Shown here: in pieces, positions 42,901 through 55,500 of the stretch | Position numbering within the stretch: position 1 is the stretch's first letter | Layout: each line of letters opens with the position of its first letter | Assembly (NCBI GenBank): GCA_002269645.1 | Contig: NIVC01001306.1 | Coordinates: forward strand, 186,001-250,000 | Direction: 5' to 3' | DNA from: Macrostomum lignano | Taxonomy: Eukaryota | Length of the DNA stretch: 64,000 bases | Made by a program: the position numbers and the translations under genes | Notes under the pieces: model-generated | Told to the model about the DNA's origin: nothing | The model's input: the letters and a program-made list of their open reading frames with translations, nothing else | Database searches by the model: none

Positions 42901-43729
42901 CTTAATAAATCAATAAAATAATGAATTTTATTGGTTATATTTCCTTAGTTTCAGAGACGTATTCGTGTAACTGAAATCCTAAGGAAATTTGCTAATTCCC
43001 TGGGGAATTGATTGAACTTTTTTGCAGCTTATTCTGTCCAAGGGGGAATTTCTAATAGATTCTAGAAACTGTTGGCATCAGACTAGGCTAACATCCATCT
43101 CTCTTAAAACGAGAATTCTGGCAACTTGGCCTCAATGCGCCTGTCTGCAGAACAAATGTCATTGTTAAAAATGTGCGATGAGTACCCTCCTCCACCGCTG
43201 CTCCAGCTCAGACTGAATGAGCGAGTCCTGGGAAACGATGAGAGGAAAAGCAGGTGTTGATAAATTTTTTCGGCAGCTGCTATTAGTAGCTCTTGATGGG
43301 ATAATTCTCCTTCCGCCTCCCCTGGAAGCAGCGACCCGAGGGCGGCAGGGTCAGTCGGGCGTGAAGGTCTCAAGGGCTGAGTGCTGATGAAGCGAGCGGG
43401 GTCCTGCTGTGGGCAGTTTTTTTTTCAAATTCGTTCTCAAATTTTCAGGACGCTCTGCTAGACCGGAAATGAGCTTAGTGGGAGGCGGGCGCCAGCCTCG
43501 ATGAGGCTGGATGGGGTTGTTTTGACTGCTGGGGAGGGAAGGAGAAGCATTGACTCAGCCGAAGGGATGGAGAAGTCCAAGGAGGCTTTGTACGGAGAAT
43601 CTGGAATTAGCATCTCTTTCACAAATCAAAACTTTCGATGGAAGCAATTCATAGCAGAAAATACTAGCAACCGGAAGTGATTCACAATCTCAAAGTTTAA
43701 CATGCCTTAGTTGCCGTCCTCCGAAATTT

Positions 43730-44560
43730 CATGTTCCCTAAAGCATCACATTCTCCAAGCTTCACATTCTCCAAGCTTCACATGCCTTAGTTGCCGTCCT
43801 CCGAAATTTCATGTTCCCTAAAGCATCACATTCTCCAAGCTTCACATTCTCCAAGCTTCACATTCCCCAAGCTTCACATTCCTCCAAGCTTCACATTCCC
43901 CAAGCTTCACATTCCCCAAGCTTCACATTCCCCAAGCTTCACATTCCCCAAGCTTCACATTCCCCAAGCTTCACATTCCCCAATCTTCACATTCCCCAAT
44001 CTTTACATTCTCTAATATTCACATTCCCAAGCATCACATTCTCCAAGCTTCACATTCTCCAAGCTTCACATTCTCCAAGCTACACATTCCTCAAGCTTCA
44101 CATTCCTCAAGCATCACATTCCTCAAGCATCACATTCCCCAAGCTTCACATTCCCCAAGCTTCACATTCCCCAAGCTTCACATTCCTCCAAGCTTCACAT
44201 TCCCCCAAGCTTCACATTCCCAATCTTCACATTCCCCAAGCTTCACATTCCCCAAGCTTCACATTCCCCAAGCTTCACATTCCCCAAGCTTCACATTCTC
44301 CCAAGCTTCACATTCCCAATCTTCACATTCCCCAAGCTTCACATTCCCCAAGCTTCACATTCCTCAAGCTTCACATTCTCCAAGCTTCGCATTCTCCAAG
44401 CTTCACATTCTCTAAGCTTCACATTCTCCAAGCTTCACATTCTCTAAGCTTCACATTCTCCAAGCTTCACATTCTCCAAGCTTCACATTCTCCAATATTT
44501 AAATTCCTCATTTTTCACATTCTTCATTTTTCACATTCTTCATTTTTCACATTCTCCAAG
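43730..44560. repeat. 16-bp minisatellite (AAGCTTCACATTCCCC), mirrored at ~55185-56015
   Basis: direct. Confidence 0.95.
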
Positions 44561-45794
44561 TTTCCAATTCTTAATCAAAAATTCACAATCCCAACTTGAT
44601 TAGCAGCATTTCCCTCTCAGCAGACCGCAGTTGCTGCTAAGAAAATCATCGTCACTCCAGATCCATCCTTCCAGACCTCCTTGGGAATTCTCCCCCACAC
44701 TTGCTGCGCTGGGAGATTTTTTCTGACCTAAATAATATAGAAGGCCAATGGGTCTGTTTAGATCCCAAGGGGAGTTTTTTTCTATTCCCCAGGCTATAGA
44801 ATCTCCCCAAATCCACAGCCTGATAGGGTATCCGCAAATTTGGGATTCATAATAATGGAAAAAGTGTGCAAGGGGCCCACCGCTCCTGCACCTGTCCCTT
44901 ATTTAGCCGCCTCCCCCCCCCCCTGCGCTAAACAGATGAAGCGTGAGAAGCTGAAATGAGGGCTTCAAAGCGGATTAAGGGATGCGGAATCGATCTGTGG
45001 GATAAAAACAACAGCGGGGATTTTCTCATCTAATGAACGAACTGCAGACAGGTCGATACAAAAGCGACCGACTCGGGACATTGTCCCTATCAGTATCAGC
45101 GGCTCAGGCGCTACATTGAATTTAGTTGTATCAAAATTTCGTTGCACGGATTGGGGAGAAAGGATTTGAACAGATGGGGTCAATAGTGGAATTGATAATT
45201 TAATAAGCATAGTTAATCCGATCTTCAAGATTTCCTATCCCGCCTTTTTGAGACCCGGTCATTTTCCCCTTCTCTCGGCGCATAAGACAGATCCCAATCT
45301 CGGTAGTTATTTATCCTGCCCTCCCAGTTCTCTAACGTAATCATGAGCTGAAGCGAGAATGGGCTTGTCGGGTCCTCTCACGTCTTCGTGTCTTGTAACC
45401 TGTCAGGGCTGCACCCAGTGTCTGCTTCCTGTCCTGAAGGGAAAGCCTCCAGGGGGTCCGCACGGGGCCGCCGGCTGATGCCGGTTCGATAATAGCAGAG
45501 CTTTCACAAATGGAAACTTGTCTGTCTGTCCGCCTGTCTGCCTGCCTGTCTAACCCTCACGCCCTATAGATCATCCATCATTAAGGCTTGAAGGGTTGGA
45601 GTTCGAAATTCTTGTTGTCCGAGTGGGCATCGGGTTTGTGTGGGCTTGAGCTCAATTTTCAGTCTCGGCATTTGAAATGTTTTTCAATCCATTTTCGACA
45701 AGAAAATAGCTATGCATGTTGATATTTATAATAGGTAGTGACCACCTGTTCAATGGTTTTAATTTAAATATATTTGGATTCTGAACAAACATTT

Positions 45795-46375
45795 CAGAAT
45801 GTGAAGATTGGGGAGATGTGAAGATTGGGGAGATGTGAAGATTGGGGAGATGGGAAGATTGGGTGAATGTGAAGATTGGGTGAATGAGAAGATAGATAAA
45901 TGCGAAGATTATTGAATTGAAGAGTGGGGAAGTCTGAGATTGGGTGAATGTGAAGATTGGGTAAATGAGAAGATTGATGAATGTGAAGATCGATGAATGT
46001 GAAGAGTGGGGAAGTGTGGGATTGGGGGAATGTGAAGATTGGTGAATCTGAAGGCGGGTGAATGTGAAGATTGATGTATGTGAAGAGTGGGGAAGTGTGG
46101 GATTAGGGGAATGTGAAGATTGGTGAATGTGAATGTGAAGATTGGTGAATGTGAAGGCGCGGTGAATGTGAAGATTAGTGAATGTGAAGATTGGTGAATG
46201 TGAAGGCGGGTGAATGTGAAGATGATGAATGTGAAGAGTGGGGAAGTGTGGGATTGGGGGAATGTGAAGATTAGTGAATGTGAAGGCGGGTGAATGTGAA
46301 GATTAGTGAATGTGAAGATTAGTGAATGTGAAGATTGGTGAATGTGAAGATTGGTGAATGTGAAGGCGGTTAATG
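45795..46375. repeat. 16-bp-family minisatellite (TGAATGTGAAGATTGG), opposite orientation to the previous array, mirrored at ~53368-53945
   Basis: direct. Confidence 0.92.
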
Positions 46376-47217
46376 TTAGGAGAATGCCTAACATTAGGAG
46401 AATTCGAAAACCGCGGAGATTTTAATTAGGGATAATTTCGATCACTACAACTTTTCAGTGACCAAACTGATAAGCTAAGAGCAAGTTTCCAATTTCTGGG
46501 CCATGAAAGCCCTAAAAGAGGGGACAGAAGTCATCAGGAAAGGCAAAAGAAGCAACAGCAGCAATCAGGGGGAGGGGTGCTTTCTGCACGAGGCTATAGT
46601 ACCTTAGCGGCGCAAAAATTTCTTGTTGCTAAGGCCCTGGCCGATCTCCCTGCAGTGCAGAGACCCAAGTGCCAAGGTGGAAGGAAGAAGTCCACCGCCA
46701 GCACCCTCCCCCCCGAGGGACTATGCGGGAGCCATGGCAGCAGTTCGAGTGACGCTGTTACGCTGTACCATAACTGCAGCCAAAAATCTGGATGCATAGG
46801 AAATGTGTATGCGCGGACAGTTCCGGGCACTAATATGTGTTTGCTCCATCCTTGCATTGCCCCCCCCCGGGTTCCAATTCCAGCGGACCATAGTGAGCGC
46901 CTCGAGTGTTTGTTCAAGTCCGCCTCGCTTCTTTCCTTCCCTCAGTCGCGTGTCTCCAAGCGGCACCCCCGAACAGGCCGTGCGATGCCACTTATTTTTT
47001 TCACTCTCTGGCCTGGCGAGGTTGAGGGAAGTAGCGAAGGAGGATGGGGTGGCACAAGGGGGAGGAATTTGTCGAATATCAGCGGCTCGGATCGGGATTG
47101 ATTGATGATGAGGAATCTGGGAAGCTGGGGGGAGCTGTGGGAAGTATAGAAAGTGACACCCGCCATGGCTGCACCGGTCCAGCAGCCTTCCTGGGATTCT
47201 GCCGCACCTCATCTGTC

Positions 47218-47729
47218 NNNNNNNNNNNNNNNNNNNNNNNNNNNNNNNNNNNNNNNNNNNNNNNNNNNNNNNNNNNNNNNNNNNNNNNNNNNNNNNNNNN
47301 NNNNNNNNNNNNNNNNNNNNNNNNNNNNNNNNNNNNNNNNNNNNNNNNNNNNNNNNNNNNNNNNNNNNNNNNNNNNNNNNNNNNNNNNNNNNNNNNNNNN
47401 NNNNNNNNNNNNNNNNNNNNNNNNNNNNNNNNNNNNNNNNNNNNNNNNNNNNNNNNNNNNNNNNNNNNNNNNNNNNNNNNNNNNNNNNNNNNNNNNNNNN
47501 NNNNNNNNNNNNNNNNNNNNNNNNNNNNNNNNNNNNNNNNNNNNNNNNNNNNNNNNNNNNNNNNNNNNNNNNNNNNNNNNNNNNNNNNNNNNNNNNNNNN
47601 NNNNNNNNNNNNNNNNNNNNNNNNNNNNNNNNNNNNNNNNNNNNNNNNNNNNNNNNNNNNNNNNNNNNNNNNNNNNNNNNNNNNNNNNNNNNNNNNNNNN
47701 NNNNNNNNNNNNNNNNNNNNNNNNNNNNN
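47218..47729. other. assembly gap, 512 N
   Basis: run of N. Confidence 1.
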
Positions 47730-48177
<448 letters not shown>

Positions 48178-48777
48178 GGCCTGCAACGGGTATGTAAAAA
48201 CCCAGCCATTCCAGTTTCCAGATCTCTGCCCAATCTCCGCCTGGCGCCGAGCGCCTCGATTCTGTCTTATCGCATCCTGAAATCGGCACGTCATCTATAT
48301 AATAAGATGGAGTTGAAAAATGGCGGCTAAACCCCCTAATTTGGGCCCAACCGGTTCAACCCGGACCCCAACCCCTCCCCTCACTGTCGCAACTCTCTGT
48401 CGCTGCTGCTGCCGCTGCCACTGGCAGATCCTCACGCGCCTCCCATATGCAGCTTATGCTTATCAGGGAGAGAGGGGGGAATTAGGATAATATAGGGAAG
48501 GAATAGCTCTTCTGAGCAGGTTAGGATGGGGCAAGCATTAAAATTTTTGGGCATTAATTTCTGTTCGACCCCTGACCGGAGCTGATAAGAATTTTAGGTT
48601 GGGATCGAATTAGATGGGCTGGGCTGTAATAGGCTGTAATGGGCTGTAATAGGCTGTAATGGGCACTTGTAAAGCTACCGTAGGTTGTAATCAGGCGGAA
48701 GGCTGGAGAATGGAGTCACGTGCCGTCTCATCCGGCTCAAGAAGTATATGGCCAGTCCTTATCTCGTCTGCTAGCTC

Positions 48778-50150
48778 GTATCTCTCGTGTCTCTCCTTCT
48801 ATCTCTCGTGTCTCTCCTTCTATCTCTCGTGTCTCTCCTTCTATCTCTCGTGTCTCTCCTTCTATCTCTCGTGTCTCTCCTTCTATCTCTCGTGTCTCTC
48901 CTTCTATCTCTCGTGTCTCTCCTTCTATCTCTCGTGTCTCTCCTTCTATCTCTCGTGTCTCTCCTTCTATCTCTCGTGTCTCTCCTTCTATCTCTCGTGT
49001 CTCTCCTTCTATCTCTCGTGTCTCTCCTTCTATCTCTCGTGTCTCTCCTTCTATCTCTCGTGTCTCTCCTTCTATCTCTCGTGTCTCTCCTTCTATCTCT
49101 CGTGTCTCTCCTTCTATCTCTCGTGTCTCTCCTTCTATCTCTCGTGTCTCTCCTTCTATCTCTCGTGTCTCTCCTTCTATCTCTCGTGTCTCTCCTTCTA
49201 TCTCTCGTGTCTCTCCTTCTATCTCTCGTGTCTCTCCTTCTATCTCTCGTGTCTCTCCTTCTATCTCTCGTGTCTCTCCTTCTATCTCTCGTGTCTCTCC
49301 TTCTATCTCTCGTGTCTCTCCTTCTATCTCTCGTGTCTCTCCTTCTATCTCTCGTGTCTCTCCTTCTATCTCTCGTGTCTCTGTATCTCTCATGTCTATC
49401 CCTCTATCTCTCGTGTCTCTCCTTCTATCTCTCGTGTCTCTCCTTCTATCTCTCGTGTCTCTCCTTCTATCTCTCGTGTCTCTCCTTCTATCTCTCGTGT
49501 CTCTCCTTCTATCTCTCATGTCTATCCCTCTATCTCTCGTGTCTCTCCTTCTATCTCTCGTGTCTCTCCTTCTATCTCTCGTGTCTCTCCTTCTATCTCT
49601 CGTGTCTCTCCTTCTATCTCTCGTGTCTCTCCTTCTATCTCTCATGTCTCTCCTTCTATCTCTCGTGTCTCTCCTATCTCTCGTGTCTCTCCTTCTATCT
49701 CTCATGTCTCTCCTTCTATCTCTCGTGTCTCTCCTTCTATCTCTCGTGTCTCTCCTTCTATCTCTCGTGTCTCTCCTTCTATCTCTCGTGTCTCTCCTTC
49801 TATCTCTCGTGTCTCTCCTTCTATCTCTCGTGTCTCTCCTTCTATCTCTCGTGTCTCTCCTTCTATCTCTCATATCTCTCCTTCTATCTCTCGTGTCTCT
49901 CCTATCTCTCGTGTCTCTCCTTCTATCTCTCATGTCTCTCCTTCTATCTCTCGTGTCTCTCCTTCTATCTCTCGTGTCTCTGTATCTCTCATGTCTATCC
50001 CTCTATCTCTCGTGTCTCTCCTTCTATCTCTCGTGTCTCTGTATCTCTCATGTCTATCCCTCTATCTCTCGTGTCTCTCCTTCTATCTCTCGTGTCTCTG
50101 TATCTCTCATGTCTATCCCTCTATCTCTCGTGTCTCTCCTTCTATTTCTT
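48778..50150. repeat. 21-bp minisatellite (TCTCTCGTGTCTCTCCTTCTA)
   Basis: ~65 units, homogeneous left part and variant right part; source of the 400-500 aa ORFs. Confidence 0.97.
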
Positions 50151-51377
50151 GTATTTCTTGGGTCTTCTCTATAAGATTGGGTCTGCCTTTATAAGATTGG
50201 GTCTGCCTTTATAAGATAGGGTCTGCCTCTGTCTCATAAAAGCAAAAAGCAGCGAACTACCTGCATAGCAGATCCCGGTTCCTGCCTATACTTTCACCTT
50301 CACATTTTCCCTCCTGACTAACCTGAAACCGAATACTCGAGCCCTGTGCCTATAGCAACCATTTCAGATTGGAATCTCAGGCCAATAATGAGCCTATAGA
50401 AAACTTGTTGACAGCGGTGGGGGGGGCTGTTTTTCGGCTCAATTAGAGCGTGAAATCGAATTGAATTCGTGCAACGAAGAAAAAAGTTACCGATCAGGCA
50501 AGAAGTGAACCTGATTCTAGCTGTGTGTTGCGAGACCGCTATACAGATCCCAAATCCCAAGCGGCACGCACCTGGTTGTCAAGGCGGGTCGAGTCGCTCC
50601 CCTTCTCTCCGATCATGAGATTTTTTCCGCCTCCAGATTCCCAATCCCCTTCTTACTTTTCCCCGCAACTCAAGCCAAACAGAGGGTCTCCCTCCCAATC
50701 TCCCGAATTGGAACAGCCTCGACCTTGCCGGTCCCGAGCTCGACCCCGATAACATCACTTTCCCTCACCAACCTGACACGTGGCCCCAGGGGGGAAGGGG
50801 AAGGGTTGAGAAGCATAATTCGTTGAGGAGTCTGGGCCAGAGCACTCTCCATCCTTCATCTCAGGGACCCACTCTGCGAGCACTTGGCCAGGCCAGTTGC
50901 TATGACAGATGCGAGCAGCAGTTTCCTCAATTTACTCACCTACATCATACACTCAGCCTTGATAATGAACGGAAGTGCGAGCACAGAGGCTAAATAGAAC
51001 TCTGGCACCTCTTCTCCTAAGTTAACTTCCGGCGCAATGCATCACTTCCGGTGGGCAACCGAAAGTTCGATCTCCTCTCTCTCTCTCTCTCGGTTGATGA
51101 CGCGTTGACTGACCTCCCGGAAGCTGAAAATATATTTGGAGTTTTTTGAATAGAATTCTTATCGTTGGCAAGATTACTATAGGAGTTAGATTTTGGCATT
51201 TGTCAGCTAGTTGCTAACTGGCTGCTGCTTCCGGTATACTCTGGGCGTTTTGTGAGTCATCGTGAGTTATTTAATACTTCAGGCCATTTTTATGCTTTGG
51301 GATTTGATGTAGACCGGCTTGTCTAAATTACAGTAAACCTCTAACATGAGTAACTCGTCAGTCATAGACTCATTCAG

Positions 51378-52282
51378 TATGACCCTCTCTACCCCTGTGT
51401 TGGTGGAAAAGTGTGACTGTGTGACCCCTCTACCCCTGTGTCACCTTCACCTTCACACGGTAAAGTGTGATCCCCTCCACCCCTGTGTTTTTGGAAAGGT
51501 GTGACCCCTCTACCCCTGTGTTGGTGGAAAAGTGTGACCCCCTCTACCCCTGTGTTGGTGGAAAAGTGTGACCCCCTCTACCCCTGTGTTGGTGGAAAAG
51601 TGTGACCCCCCCTCTACCCCTGTGTTGGTGGAAAAGTGTGACCCCCTCTCTACCCCTGTGTTGGTGGAAAAGTGTGACCCCTTCTCTACCCCTGTGTTGG
51701 TGGAAAAGTGTGACCCCTCTCTACCCCTGTGTTGGTGGAAAAAGTGTGACCCCCTCTACCCCTGTGTTTGTGGAAAAGTGTGACCCCTCTCTACCCCTGT
51801 GTTTGTGGAAAAGTGTGACCCCCTCTACCCCTGTGTTGGTGGAAAAGTGTGACCCCCTCTCTACCCCTGTGTTGGTGGAAAAGTGTGACCCCCTCTACCC
51901 CTGTGTTTGTGGAAAAGTGTGACCCCCTCTCTACCCCTGTGTTGGTGGAAAAAGTGTGACCCCCTCTACCCCTGTGTTGGTGGAAAAGTGTGACCCCCTC
52001 TCTACCCCTGTGTTTGTGGAAAAGTGTGACCCCCTCTCTACCCCTGTGTTTGTGGAAAAGTGTGACCCCCTCTACCCCTGTGTTGGTGGAAAAGTGTGAC
52101 CCCCTCTCTACCCCTGTGTTGGTGGAAAAGTGTGACCCCCTCTACCCCTGTGTTTGTGGAAAAGTGTGACCCCCTCTCTACCCCTGTGTTGGTGGAAAAG
52201 TGTGACCCCCTCTACCCCTGTGTTGCGGTAAAGTGTGACCCCCTCTACCCCTGTGTTGCGGTAAAGTGTGACCCCCTCTACA
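51378..52282. repeat. 34-36-bp minisatellite (CTCTACCCCTGTGTTGGTGGAAAAGTGTGACCCC)
   Basis: ~25 units. Confidence 0.96.
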
Positions 52283-52513
52283 CCTCGCTGTGCTTAACGA
52301 TTCATTTTCTAAGATTTTGTTTCAAACTTTTTCCTTCTCCGAGACAGGCTGACAGGATATTCCACTTTTTACAGCCTATCTATCTATCCATCTATCGGTT
52401 CTAAAAGAAGACAGGAAACAGGTCAGGCTCGGTTCGAAATGGGCTCCCTGCACCCAACAACCAGCCCCTTGAATCTCAGCCCTTGGCAGGGGGTCCGGCC
52501 CAGCCAGTGACCG

Positions 52514-55500
52514 GACAGATGAGGAGCGGCAGAATCCCAGGAAGGCTGCTGGGACCGGTGCAGCCATGGCGGGTGTCACTTTCTATACTTCCCACAGCTC
52601 CCCCCAGCTTCCCAGATTCCTCATCATCAATCAATCCCGATCCGAGCCGCTGATATTCGACAAATTCCTCCCCCTGTGCCACCCCCATCCCTCCTTCGCT
52701 ACTTCCCTCAACCTCGGCCAGGCCAGAGAGTGAAAAAAATAAGTGGCATCGCACGGCCTGTTTGGGGGTGCCGCTTGGAGACACGCGACTGAGGGAAGGA
52801 AAGAAGCGAGGCGGACTTGAACAAACACTCGAGGCGCTCACTATGGTCCGCTGGAATTGGAACCCGGGGGGGGGCAATGCAAGGATGGAGCAAACACATA
52901 TTAGTGCCCGGAACTGTCCGCGCATACACATTTCCTATGCATCCAGATTTTTGGCTGCAGTTATGGTACAGCGTAACAGCGTCACTCGAACTGCTGCCAT
53001 GGCTCCCGCATAGTCCCTCGGGGGGGAGGGGGTGCTGGCGGTGGGACTTCTTCCTTCCACCTTGGCACTTGGGTCTCTGCACTGCAGGGAGATCGGCCAG
53101 GGCCTTAGCAACAAGAAATTTTTGCGCCGCTAAGGTACTATAGCCTCGTGCAGAAAGCACCCCTCCCCCCTGATTGCTGCTGTTGCTTCTTTTGCCTTTC
53201 CTGATGACTTCTGGCTCCCCTCTTTTAGGGCTTTCATGGCCCAGAAATTGGAAACTTGCTCTTAGCTTATCAGTTTGGTCACTGAAAAGTTGTAGTGATC
53301 GAAATTATCCCTAATTAAAATCTCCGCGGTTTTCGAATTCTCCTAATGTTAGGCATTCTCCTAACATTAACCCGCCTTCACATTCACCAATCTTCACATT
53401 CACCAATCTTCACATTCACTAATCTTCACATTCACTAATCTTCACATTCACCCGCCTTCACATTCACTAATCTTCACATTCCCCCAATCCCACACTTCCC
53501 CACTCTTCACATTCATCAATCTTCACATTCACCCGCCTTCACATTCACCAATCTTCACATTCACTAATCTTCACATTCACCCGCCTTCACATTCACCAAT
53601 CTTCACATTCACATTCACCAATCTTCACATTCCCCTAATCCCACACTTCCCCACTCTTCACATACATCAATCTTCACATTCACCCGCCTTCAGATTCACC
53701 AATCTTCACATTCCCCAATCCCACACTTCCCCACTCTTCACATTCATCGATCTTCACATTCATCAATCTTCTCATTTACCCAATCTTCACATTCACCCAA
53801 TCTCAGACTTCCCCACTCTTCAATTCAATAATCTTCGCATTTATCTATCTTCTCATTCACCCAATCTTCACATTCACCCAATCTTCCCATCTCCCCAATC
53901 TTCACATCTCCCCAATCTTCACATCTCCCCAATCTTCACATTCTGAAATGTTTGTTCAGAATCCAAATATATTTAAATTAAAACCATTGAACAGGTGGTC
54001 ACTACCTATTATAAATATCAACATGCATAGCTATTTTCTTGTCGAAAATGGATTGAAAAACATTTCAAATGCCGAGACTGAAAATTGAGCTCAAGCCCAC
54101 ACAAACCCGATGCCCACTCGGACAACAAGAATTTCGAACTCCAACCCTTCAAGCCTTAATGATGGATGATCTATAGGGCGTGAGGGGTTAGACAGGCAGG
54201 CAGACAGGCGGACAGACAGACAAGTTTCCATTTGTGAAAGCTCTGCTATTATCGAACCGGCATCAGCCGGCGGCCCCGTGCGGACCCCCTGGAGGCTTTC
54301 CCTTCAGGACAGGAAGCAGACACTGGGTGCAGCCCTGACAGGTTACAAGACACGAAGACGTGAGAGGACCCGACAAGCCCATTCTCGCTTCAGCTCATGA
54401 TTACGTTAGAGAACTGGGAGGGCAGGATAAATAACTACCGAGATTGGGATCTGTCTTATGCGCCGAGAGAAGGGGAAAATGACCGGGTCTCAAAAAGGCG
54501 GGGATAGGAAATCTTGAAGATCGGATTAACTATGCTTATTAAATTATCAATTCCACTATTGACCCCATCTGTTCAAATCCTTTCTCCCCAATCCGTGCAA
54601 CGAAATTTTGATACAACTAAATTCAATGTAGCGCCTGAGCCGCTGATACTGATAGGGACAATGTCCCGAGTCGGTCGCTTTTGTATCGACCTGTCTGCAG
54701 TTCGTTCATTAGATGAGAAAATCCCCGCTGTTGTTTTTATCCCACAGATCGATTCCGCATCCCTTAATCCGCTTTGAAGCCCTCATTTCAGCTTCTCACG
54801 CTTCATCTGTTTAGCGCAGGGGGGGGGGGAGGCGGCTAAATAAGGGACAGGTGCAGGAGCGGTGGGCCCCTTGCACACTTTTTCCATTATTATGAATCCC
54901 AAATTTGCGGATACCCTATCAGGCTGTGGATTTGGGGAGATTCTATAGCCTGGGGAATAGAAAAAAACTCCCCTTGGGATCTAAACAGACCCATTGGCCT
55001 TCTATATTATTTAGGTCAGAAAAAATCTCCCAGCGCAGCAAGTGTGGGGGAGAATTCCCAAGGAGGTCTGGAAGGATGGATCTGGAGTGACGATGATTTT
55101 CTTAGCAGCAACTGCGGTCTGCTGAGAGGGAAATGCTGCTAATCAAGTTGGGATTGTGAATTTTTGATTAAGAATTGGAAACTTGGAGAATGTGAAAAAT
55201 GAAGAATGTGAAAAATGAAGAATGTGAAAAATGAGGAATTTAAATATTGGAGAATGTGAAGCTTGGAGAATGTGAAGCTTGGAGAATGTGAAGCTTAGAG
55301 AATGTGAAGCTTGGAGAATGTGAAGCTTAGAGAATGTGAAGCTTGGAGAATGCGAAGCTTGGAGAATGTGAAGCTTGAGGAATGTGAAGCTTGGGGAATG
55401 TGAAGCTTGGGAATGTGAAGATTGGGGAATGTGAAGCTTGGGAGAATGTGAAGCTTGGGGAATGTGAAGCTTGGGGAATGTGAAGCTTGGGGAATGTGAA

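Larger units (their letters stand above)
35741..47217 (+). repeat. left arm of a large inverted duplication
   Basis: ORF pairs mirror with coordinate sums 99731-99745 (e.g. 38616+61125, 42131+57613, 44965+54777). Confidence 0.97.

Noticed and set aside
43104-47212. Duplicated 60-170 aa ORFs in the palindrome arms as conserved genes
   Set aside because: Their recurrence simply reflects the duplication; there are no recognisable domains, and some differ by frameshifts between arms
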